From Laetmonice hystrix (lineage: Eukaryota), in assembly GCA_965235115.1 (NCBI GenBank), contig OZ249441.1:12958001-13022000 (forward strand): 64,000 bases of DNA, in the 5' to 3' direction. The position numbers and the translations under genes are program-made. The notes beneath the pieces were generated by a model that was not told the origin of the DNA, made no database searches, and saw only the letters and a list, made by a program, of their open reading frames with translations. Of the stretch, positions 1-12,000 are shown in pieces. Position 1 is the stretch's first letter. Each line of letters opens with the position of its first letter.

Positions 1-3000
1 ACATGTACAGCATAGACCCCAGCACACGGTGAGCTATCGGGTGATGCAGTGTCTGGAAAAATAAATGTTGATTAAGATCTTTAGCTTGTTAGGAAGTTTA
101 TTAAAATTCTAAATAGATTATGAAGTGTTGTGAACCTTAGAGATATGACAGAGGGGTGGCAGCCTCAGACAGTGTACATTTGGCTTTGGTCTGATAAATT
201 GACTGTTGGCACAGGCATGATTTTAGATTGTAGACCCAGTGGTTGAGTAGAGGTTTACCAATAAAGTGAATGTTTTATAACAGGTACCCCAATGTGAACA
301 CAGCACACTTCAAGCCCTTCCAGGTACGTCATCAGTACGATGGCGAGGACACGATGTACCTCGATCAGATCGTTCAGATGTCAGAAGAGAAGAGTAAACG
401 ATACGGTAGGCTCTCTTCTAAGGTTATTAAAAATAATTATGATCAAAGTGGAGTTAAGTAGATTTGGGCGAATCCAAGTTTGAACATATACAGCCATATC
501 TATGGCGATACTACATGTAACCCTATGACCTGTAACAGCAACTAACTACTGGTGCAGAACAATCTTGCTGCAGTTAGTCATAACATTGTTTTTGTTATAT
601 ACTGAATGCACTATGTAATTTATATGAATGGTTGTAAATAGTCCCAGAAAGTGCAGGGCCAGTGCTTGTCTTGTAACATGTCCAATTGTGAGGTGATTAT
701 GACAGCTGACATCTGGCTTTACAACTCTGCCTTCATGTCTGATTGTTGGCACCGTCACAATATGGTTACATTCTGTGTGATCTGTGACTTTTTCACTTTT
801 TTGGTTGGGAAGGGGAGGGAGGATTCAGGAATATGATTTGTTGAAGCTTCTTTCACAAGCTGTGGGCGGGAATGATTGATGCAGCGCGTGCTGTCAGCAC
901 TGAGCTGGATGAATGGAATCTGGGTGACTCACCTCAAAGTCATGAGTGGTTCCGGCAGTGACCACAAGGTGGCAGCACATCCATGGCTGCTCTAAGGCCT
1001 CGGCTGAGATCGTTTGGTGCCATGGAGTCTGGCCAGCCAACGATTCGCTGAATAAGCTTACATAGTTTTATTTATAATTATCAAGCAATTAAATAAATTA
1101 TATTTATATTGAGCATCTGATTGTTAAATTAAAATTTTTTAAAAGTGAAGTTTTAAATCTTGGGTTATTACAGAATGGATCCGTGACAGTCACTATCTAC
1201 AGAAGTGGTTTGCACGTCAGCTGGAAGGCTATACCAACCTTGTGAAGATCCTTGACTTGACAAGCTCATGGCGTAATGGGCTCGCCCTTTGTGCCCTCAT
1301 CCACAAGTACAGGCCTGCACTCATGTAGGTATCAGTACCCCAGTACATTTTGGAATATTTAATAAAAAAGGTATTAGTCTTGTAAAACCCAGAATATACT
1401 GCAATGGAAATAACCAAATCCATATTCAGAATATTTTAATTTTTTTTACCAATCTCCACAGCCAGATTCTACTATGGAGAGTTTTAGTGGCCATTAATAA
1501 TGGTTTACAAGTCAGGAAGACAAACAGTTGGTTTTTAGATTGTCTTAATTCGATTTTTGCACCAGCACTGTTAATCCAACGAATATTCTTTTCTTTAGTG
1601 ATGTTTACAAACTGGACTCCAATGAAGTGGCAAAGAATAATCAGATGGTAAGTCTATAAAATTGTGGTATCTTACACACAGAGAGATGTGCTCCTTAACA
1701 GCAGATTTCTGCTGCAGGTTGTCTGCAAACTAGTAATAAATTCGTGGAAGTTGAGAGGGAGATAAGTTCATGGAAGAAATGCATCATTTGATTTTTTAAA
1801 TTATATGATTTATTTCCGTTTATAATAAAGCAAACAATGTTTATAAAGTGAGAATTATGATAGAAATTCTGATACATCTGTTTTTGTATTACAGGCCTTT
1901 GATATAGCTCTGAAGGAGTTTGGCATTCCACCTGTGATGTCAGGAGCTGATATGGCCGGCTGTGATGTTCCCGACAAGTTAACCATGGTCTCTTACCTGT
2001 CACAGTTTTATGAGTACTTCCGCAAGGAGAGCATCAGGCCAGCCAAGGGTAGGCTCCAAATTTTAAATACAAATATACAGTTAATACTACTTTGGGACCA
2101 CAGAATCGGCCAAAGTCAGTGGTATTTGTAGCTTTCTAATAGCACTGGAAACCATATTTATAGGGAACCCGCCTATTGGCATAAAGGAAAAGAAAATTCT
2201 CAGGTTTTCGTCAGGCGTTATTCCCAGTAAGATATTGTGGTGCTGTCGTGACCTTATTGACCTTTCTATGTTTTATAGTGGCACGATCACCAGATCAAAT
2301 GGGCCTTCCCCGCAGCAGTAGGGCACCACATCCACGCTCTCCAGCGCAACGGTTGTCAATTTTGTCCCGCATCAGCAACAGGATGAGGGCTCGCAAGGTA
2401 AGATGGCATCTTACAACCTTGTCTAAACACCATTACTGATCTTATGTGGGCCTATTCGTGGGCACAAAGATCCTTATATTTTTAAGGAGTTGGGTATGAT
2501 TATGGAAGAGTGCATCTTACAGTAGATGTAATATTATGTATTATTCGTATGTCCATGTGGTTGAACTGCAGAGGACCTCCTTGAATACTATTGTATTGAC
2601 AGTGTAATGTAGTGAAGTGGAAATTGGTGGAAAGATTTCAAGTATTGCTGATAAAACCGTAGTAGGCAAGAGATTACATTGAAGTAAGGATTATTGTAGA
2701 TATTTATGCATACATGTTGTACTAACATGTAAGTGTTTTACATGTTGCCCCTATAGTCAGCTGCAGCGGAGGATTTAAGCAGTGACGTATGCATCACCCT
2801 AAGAAATTTTACGTTATTGCTGTTGTTCATACTTGTTTCATCTTAATGGCCCATTGTTTTCTCGGTCTCGCCCAGAAAACTTTCTTCATAACAATCTTTG
2901 AATTGGAAATTGGAAATAAGTACTCATTCATGTATTGAGAAAGGATAAAAAGCAATGGGCGATAATACCTAGTTCTTAGTGTATAGTCTATATCTGTCTA

Positions 3001-6000
3001 AAGCTGCTTTTCCATGAGGCGGAGGCAGGCGCGGAAGCGGAAGCGGGCGCGGGCGGAAAAAATTGATCTAACGTATATCTCTGAAGCTGTTTCCATGACG
3101 CGGGCGCGGGGCAGGTGGACGGGCGCAGACGTGTTTTTTCGAATCGGTCATGTAGCGATTTTTCCCGCGCCCGCTTGCTGCCCGCGCGGTATTGCGTCAT
3201 CATTTTCTGGGAATTCCCTTGGTAACAATGAAATGATGGAGGTTGCAACGGGCTCCACGGACTGAAGACCCAAACCCGCGCCAAAACTCCCGCGTCTGTG
3301 GCCGTTTCGTGGAAACACAACGCCCGCACCCGTAGCCGCGCCCGCACCCGCATCCGCGCACGCCTCCGCCTCATGGAAAAGCAGCTTTAGTTTGGTCACT
3401 TTCATGCACAAGTTATGTTCAAGATTCTGTTCTGCAGCAGTGCACCTCCCTCCCCCACCATCCATCGACTAGATTACATTGTTTAGGTTCCCACGCTAAC
3501 ATCCTGGCCTAGAATATAGTTTCCCATCAAAGGCAGGACAAGTGGTTTTGAAAAGTGGATTTTCTGAGAGATACCTGTACTTCTCAAACAAAATATTTTG
3601 ATCTATGTTGACATTATGTAGAAATCCAAATTTTTGCAACATCCAAAAATGCTTAGCACTATTGTCCTAGATCTATACCAATAGCTACTTCTACATTATT
3701 ATACTTGCGGCACACTTTGCACTTGTATCCATGTTGTTTAGTTTAAGTGTATTCTGTAAATTTGTGCATGTAATTGCAAGAGGAGGTAGGAATCTTTCAT
3801 TGTGTTGTGAATTGATGTACCTCAGTACCTTTATTTCGTTGTTGTCCCAGCTTGGTTTGCTGTACAGACAATATCATATCTGGTCGTCATCAGAGGAACT
3901 CGGTTACAACTTTGTGAGAATTGGAAATTTTTAGTTTTTTGTTTGTTTCTGTTACTGTATCTATTTAAATGCATGTTCTATGTTCCTGACCTCACTAAAA
4001 TGCCTGGTATTATCAGTGTGTGAAAGTATGGCTATAGAAACCTAGAATTCATCGCAAATAAACTTTAATAGAGGTGCCTAGTTTGGCAGATAACGTTAGG
4101 CATGACCACTGCTTTTTACACTTCCCCTGCAGGACAGAGATTTTGACAAAACACTTACGTCCCCATCTTTAATACAATTGTCGGTATATTGACGTATCTG
4201 AATGTAGCCTGTCCATCACGATTTAGAGCATTCTATTACTGGACTCAGATGCTTAGGAATGGTCAGTTCATCTGAGCTTTGAAGTTGATATTGCATTCTT
4301 GGCGATGTGCCGCCACTATCTTCCTGCAGAATGGTCATTTCTAAATCTTTATGTCCTCCCATATAGTTTGATTCTTGCTGTTATTAAGATGCATTTGAAA
4401 TGATAGATATCTGTTGCTAAGGTCAGCTAAATCTCAGAAATACTATAACAGTACTATCTTTTATCCAGGAAAGCTCTTTATGGAATCAAGAAGTATATAG
4501 ATTATTTATTGAGACAAAAAGAATATCTAAATACAGGAAGTACTAGATGTGTTGCCCTGTCTTACCCTGAATAAATCGGCGAGCCCTTCCACTTGAAATG
4601 GACAATTACTAATCAGTGTTCTGATAATTGTTCATATAGGCTGCATCGTTGATGTAGATGTATGTTTGTGTGAATGAGAAATGATGCATGCATTGTTTTA
4701 AACTGTAGACAGTGTGTATGCATAATTTGGTTTGAGATTTTCCATCATGGTGATTTAACGAGAATCAGGGTCCAAGTGTCTTATTTACTATTTTCTAACA
4801 GAAATAATCTTGCCCAGTTAAATAATTTGTGTGCATGAAAGGTCAATTGGAGAATCTGTGCTCTTTATGATAAAGTCAAAAACAGTGGGTGTACTGGATT
4901 CTGACCTTTACAAGTGCCTGTAGGGCGTGTATGAGTTCCGAGTGACCCAGAGCCTCTGTGTGTGACCTAGATAAAAGCATTGTGAATTGCTGTCTGTGTT
5001 GACCACACAGTCTAAATGTCAGTCACATGGTGTCTGTGATAAACGTGACATCTCCTGATGGAGCCAGCACCACGGTAGTGTCCACTGTAGAGATAAATGT
5101 TAACCAGGAAACGATAAGGAACGATTTATACAATGATAAAAACGTCAGCAATTGTTAAAATTATAGGCGTTACAAGTAGGGAATTTTAGCAGGTAACAGG
5201 TGTTGTTATTTGCCCTTTTATCTTGTTGACACAGTGAAGATGAGTATATGTTATTGGTGACAATAAATACTAACTCAAACATGAAAATAGTCTCCCAAAT
5301 GAATAAAGTCGTCTGTTTGAAACGTCTAGATTTACATAACATTTGGGGAATGGTATAACATGGATCATCTGAAGCTCTGAATAATGTAATATGTAAGTAA
5401 GAAATTCGGTAGTTTTCCTGTACCGGAACAGTTCAGTATCAATAGAACTGAGTTTGGTCAAAAAAGGTCCAGGTTATAACATCAAACATTAGAATTGGAG
5501 CAAGCTCACGTATTGTTTTGTTTCATTGGAATTGGAACAATTTATATGATCTGTCTGAGTATGCTACATATTTAAATTTATAGAAAAGTCACCCAAGGCA
5601 TTTTACATTAATTTATGTGGAGCCAGTAATATAATATTGTTGACATATTTGTTTTAGCTTTTTAGCATTAGCATAAGTTATTTAATTAGTTCTCTGTTTT
5701 GCCACCAGGAAGAGGAGAAGGACCCCCTTGCTGAATCCGAACGGATCCGACCAACACTGACCTTTACTCAAAGTCATGCACGTAAGCGCATCCATGATGA
5801 CGCCGTACAGGACCCTGATGTGAGCCCCCAAAAATACTTTACCAAAAATTGATAGTGGCAATGTAAACAAGTACCATCTCTCATTCTGAGAGAACTTTAT
5901 TCATCAGCATTTTGTATTAATGTATGGATCAATCAAGTGCAAAAACTGCTCTCATATGACAGATAAAAAATCGTGTATTATTTCATAATCTGTGTATGAT

Positions 6001-9000
6001 CTGGTAATCTGTGAGTATATTCCCAACAGAATGTTGTCCTGCAAAGTTACTCTAAGTTTGAGGGAGGATTGGAAACAGAGCCAGCATCCAAGTTCACCAG
6101 ATCAGCAGACCCAGCCAGGGCGGGACAGGGCAAGAATAAAGTGACGGCACTGGCCAAGGGACTGGCCCACAAACTCAAAGGGGAGAGGTCACCGCCCCAG
6201 GCAAAGAAGGCACCAGCGGTAAGCAATGGGTGTTTAGTAAAGGTTTCTGTCTCTCAATCAGATAAATATCTTTATTTGTTAATCCGGACCTTGACGTTTC
6301 TGAATGGTGGAAATGTTTTAGCTTGATGACTTTATGTCAGTTTAATTTATAAAGTGGCACCCATGAAAAGTTTGGTAGTGTCACGTCAAGCATTTTTGGC
6401 AGCAATATATAAATGTATATTTCTGACTGTATGAATGATGTATGTGAACGTTTTTCTGTGGTAGTTATGATAATGAAGGCTGATGTTGTATTAATAGGCA
6501 CCAAAGTCCCTCATCATGGGTCAAGCGGGCAGTGCTGACCACTGCTATTTCTGTAAGCAGCGGGTTTATCTGGTGGAGAGGCATGCCGCTGAGGGCGTCT
6601 TCTTCCACCGAGGATGTCTCAAGTGTGAATTCTGCTACAGCAACCTACGGATTGGACAGTATGGCTTCCAGCGGACCGAGGACGGCGAAGGTAGGATGAT
6701 GGACTGCATGCTTCAACATGAAGCCTGTTTCTATCTGGGACGTTGGACATAAGGTCCACACAATGCCATGAATCTCATGTTAGCTGACATCAAATGTTTG
6801 CAGTAGTGTTACCGTAGATAAACTTTGAAAGATATTGTGCTTCTTTTTTTTGCATTGGTTTGTTTCAACTGCCAGACCAGTTTGTTAAACTCTTTGAAGC
6901 AGTTCGAAATGTATTAATTTGTGGTGTATGTTGCAGCCAAGTTCTACTGTCTCCAGCACATTGGCATGATTCGGCCCATGCGTCGACCCCGGAAACGTTA
7001 TGCTGAGAAGGAACAGGACATGCCTGCAGGAGAAGAAGCTTTGGAAGCCCCAGGTAAGAATTACCGTCCCTATAGATGTTGTTTTGTATGTTCATCATTA
7101 GTATCAGACCAACCAAGGGCAGTGTTTTCACACACTTGGGTATGATGTAGGACCCTTCATGAGCATTTCTGTTGGATGAATGTTCAATAAAAGTCATTAA
7201 TACTTATTAACAATTCACCTAAGATAATGCCTTTATACATTTCATATATTACATTTTTTACAGGGTAGTATAGAATGTTGTCAGTCTTCATGACCAGTAA
7301 TCTTTGTTGCGCCAAATTAAGAAATTTCAAATTTAGAATGAAACAATCTCAGATAGAATGTTGCACTTTTGTGCCTATAATTTTTCTTGATAAGTATCCC
7401 AAATGCTGAGCAAAGTGTTAACTGTTGATTGAAACGGGTGTGTATGGCTCAGCAGATGATCCGGCCACTGTTCCTTCAGACCTGAAACTCCCAGAGGGTG
7501 AGAGTAAGCCAGAAGCTGTGGTAAAACCGGCCCGTGTACTTGAACTCTCAGGGTGTAAATCGCAGAGTGAGTCTAGTGTTTAGGCCTCCAATAGGTTCTA
7601 GACATGCGTTAAATCTCCCTAATCCTGTAACAGATTCAGGGTTAAGAAGCTTTACATTGATTAGGTAATAACAGCCATAATGTTAACGTGAACGTAGAGA
7701 CATTACGGAACCAAGGTGTTAACAAGCCAACCTTTTTCTCTAACCTTATGCACATTATAGAGAAGGTTATTGACATTATTAGGATAAGAACATAGCTAAG
7801 ATTTACATGAGGCACATAGCTGGGTCTTCACCAGAAGTGGAATCAAGGTATTAACATGCAAGCCTTTTTAGAAAGCTTAAAAAAACCTAGGAGTCAAGCC
7901 AACTACATTTCTATCAGTTATTTACCTGTCTATTTCTAATCATAAGGTGTGATAATTTCTGACTGCCAATTTCTGTAACAGACTGATATCTCTATGTCAG
8001 ACTATAGCACAAATCAGTTTTTGAAACCACCACCCCCATCCTGAAAAAAATTGGATGCGTATGAAAGTTAATTATAATGGAGGAGCTAATAACTTATTGG
8101 TTGTCTTGAATCCTTCTTGCACATGGTAAGGACTTAAGCAGGTTTTGCTGGCCATAGTGGCAGTGCTGAATTTCTTGAGCTGGATACCTTAACCAGAGTT
8201 TGAGTTGGATTGTGCTTGGATTTAATAAGTGCTTTCTGCTTCTGTTGTCAGGGACAGAGGAATAGATCAACTTCTATTTCAGTATTAGCTAAAAGGCCAC
8301 GATGCTATACAAGGTTGCACGACTAACAGTAATAAATAAGTTTGATATTTGTTTTTCTGAAGTTGCTTTTTTCCACCCTCAGATGGAGCTGCCAACCCTG
8401 CACTTGACAAGACACCAGAGCGGATTGAGTACTACACAGAAAGTGAGGTTGAGGAGAGTGAGTTTGAGCAAACTGCTCATAATCTCTCTGCATCTCTCCT
8501 TGGTGTCGATCAGGGCGAGTTGGGCTCCGAGTCAGACGAGTGAGTAATGGACAAAAACTTATTTTCTTTAGTGTCCACCAGCATCAGCATGGAGGATATA
8601 TCATGTTTAAAGGTCATGAATTAATGGGCTTGTCCTCCGTGGTTCTGTTTATGTTAATCTCAGAGTGAACATAAGTTCCCGCCCAAACCAGGCCAATTCA
8701 GTCAATCATTTCTCTTTGTGAATTTGGTTTTTCTGACGTATGAGTTCAGACTTTAACATTCAGTGTATAAAAAGGGTAAGGAGATTCCTGCTGTTTTTCC
8801 CACCGTAAATATTGTTCAGGTTCTTTCCAAGCAGTTGTGTCATTCTTTTTTTTTAAATGTTGACCCAAATCAAACCCTGCTAAAAAACATGTCTCAACTA
8901 GATGTATGCGTAACACTTTTTCTTGCCAGCTGGGTAGCATGCTCATAATTTGAAGGCCTGAGTTACGTAAGGGTTTCAATGGGAGAAATGTTGACCACGT

Positions 9001-12000
9001 TCCGATGTTTGTTCAGTGTATAGTCACGATATCCCAATCATTTGATCTATGTGGAGAGTCGTCTGTAGTGAGGTGAAGAGTGAATTAGTCCTGTTTGTTT
9101 TCTGCCACACAGGGACCTAGTTTTCATCAACCAGACTTTCCTGAACACCCTAGCGTACGGCGACACACAAACGTACTAAGTCTTTTGATCGATTTGTTAT
9201 GTCTTCATTCTGCCGAATTGCAAATTAAACATGAGATTAAATGTGTGTTGCTTACTCTTTTGGGCTGTCTAACTAGGTTGCTTCAATTTATTATCAAAAT
9301 TATGAATTATATTTTTTTACAATTTTTATTGATGCAAACTGTGATGCAGTCGATAAAGTCGATCTTAGCATTTATCACTTTATAAGCTTCGTTAATAAGG
9401 TGATTCAGAATCTAGTTTGCAGCCAGTGCTAATCACCTAAAGAGGGACACTCCTCGTTATAATGATGCAGCGTGATATTTTTGCAGTTAACAAAGCACCA
9501 AGGGTCTGCATGAGATTGACCTGTATGGTTTTGATATTGTAAAACTCAAACCTGACAGCTGTCTTGTGCTTTTGGCTCCTGTTGTGAATTCAGAATAATC
9601 TCCTTCATCCATTTTGCTGGGATGTTTGCCAAAGGAAGCTTATGTAAATTTAATTTTGTTCATATTATTTATATTTCATAAGGAATATTGTTTATTCTAT
9701 AGTATGCACTTTTAGATTGACCTATAATTGGCTGCATCCAAGAGATACCCAAATTGTTAAAACCCTTATTGAATTTCGGAGGAATGTGACCATTTTATTT
9801 AATAACGAAATGGTAATTTAGCACTTATATTATTTATCCCCTGAGTCTGGAGTGTAACCGTTGACAAAAAGCAGTTGTGCATGAAAACCAGCTGGCTTTT
9901 TATTGAAAGCCTTAAAAGTATGTTCTTCTGTTGCCCTAGCTTTGGTTCCCAACCGCAGTCTTTACATTCCTGCCCCATAGTTTCATAAACATTGCTGGCT
10001 AATTCATAATCATAATCTCACAGGTTTGGATATATTACAAACAAGGGTGATCCGATTCACAATGGCCCAGTTTCTAGGACTTAAGATTAGTTGGCCTGTA
10101 TTCTGCTGGTTAGCCGATCATATGAAGTAAACATACCGTCGCAACTGATCTTTAAGCTTTAGAAACTGGGATCTGTATATCTCTGTATTATTGACACCAA
10201 TTTTCCTGTTAAGGATTTTTGGGTCCTAATTTTACTGCTTATTTAGCTGACTTTTCCGTATGCTAAAAGGCAAAAAGTCTGCGTAAATTTAAACTCTGTT
10301 GGTGCATTACAAATGATCAAATCTTGTAACTCTAACTTTTTATATTTGATCATTTGAATACTGTACAGATAGTTTGAGACTCCTGAAAACAAATAAATTT
10401 TGTGATGAAAGTTCACAACCCTGAGTACTGGGTAAATAGTGGTTGATGTGACATAGAGTGGATGTCAGATGTCCTATGTCTATGTGACAGTGATGTTTAA
10501 GATGTCTGTTATACACTTTGTAACACTAGGTCGTCGTCGTCAGATGAATTGGAGTGGTCAGATGGAGATTTGTCAGACGGTGACGCCTCCTGGGCTCAAA
10601 TTGCTGTCTCCTACAACAAGCTTAACAGACTCAGAAAGGTACGCCAACTTACTGGCCATACATAGCAGTGCTAGGGAAACAAACGGGCTTGCTCTCATAT
10701 GTTTTCCGTTTGTCAGTCTTGGAGAAGTGCACATTAAGAAATAGATGTCTTGCCAGAGACCTTTTCCTGTGTGCACTCTGGCTCAAAAATAAGACATGGT
10801 GCATGATCAGATAAAAATTCCCACTTTTAGAGAAAGATAGTTGTTCTTATTACTTGAAATCCTTTTTTACGCCAGTAGTGCACTTCCAGCCTTTGTAGAC
10901 CACAGAAAGACGTTTAGAACATATGGATTCTCTGTAGATCTGTCACAGTTTCCATCTGAAGCTCTGTTCTCTACTGTAATTTTCGAATATGTTTGGATTA
11001 CCATTATGATCTGTCTGTTCTAGACTCCTTAGATGATCATTGTAATAAATTCAGTATGATCAGATCACTCATGTCCTATTATTTTAAAATATTTATATGA
11101 TTTTCTATTTTCCATAATCCTTTCAACTGAAGTACTCTGAGCCTGAAATCCTCTCAAGTGATTGCTGATTTTGTCCCCTGTGTTAGTCATACTGTAAATA
11201 GTTGTCGATTGGTTCCTTTTTCAGCCGTCCAGGGAGCCGCAGGTATTTTGTTTAGCAGATGAGATGCACGTACTGTTAGTGTGATCACTGATATTTTATT
11301 CTTGTAGATAATTGTTCTAATTCATACTCTATACGGCACAATATCGGAGAGTGTGTTGCACCCATCACTGAGTCACAGGTCCTACTAGGGGCATGCAAAT
11401 CGTTATAGCATTTAATATTGTCAGGGAATAGTTTCAGGCCGGCAGGGAAGAAGGTAATGACAGGAAAACACTAGCAGATGTACGTCCTGTGAAGAACTCG
11501 TGATTAATCAAATATTTTTGGAGAGGAATAGAAAGTTATAGGAATTGTCTCCCATATTAACAAACTTACAGGTTTTCTACATCTCCTCTGGTTATGACGT
11601 TATTGTGGAATATCCTAGGTGGTCTACCGGATAATTATGTGTTAGTGATACTGTCTTTTCGGGAATCCAGAGAAAGGTCTAGGTTCCCAGGTTAATCCCA
11701 CCTGGTGGCAAAGTAGAATGTCTAAGTAGAATAATTGACTTGCGATGAAGATCCAAACTGAATGCAGAGAAAATAAGGACCGTCCTGATGCTAACAATAA
11801 CGAATTGAATAGAAATTTTAGCTTTTTCCATTTGGAAGCCTTCAAGGTTATCATCTAGTTTTGGTATACCAATTGTTTTCGTTTACAGAAAAAATAATTA
11901 TTTTTGCATTCACTGATTCAGTCCAAAACATTTTGGTGGGGTTTAAAATTTCTCTGCAGTTCTGAAGATTTATGCAAGATCATTTCACTCTTATATTGGT

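Noticed and set aside
2988-3465. ORFs of 83-128 aa over the MITE
   Set aside because: They arise from GC-rich TIR and subterminal repeats; no transposase motifs.
8764-8775. 12-nt microexon-like island (cAG|tgtataaaaagg|GTAAGG)
   Set aside because: In the required phase it reads GAT GTA TAA (stop). It could only be a poison exon, and nothing else supports it.
11438-11453. 16-nt island with AG/GT boundaries
   Set aside because: The length is not a multiple of 3 and would frameshift MICAL; probably a chance match.
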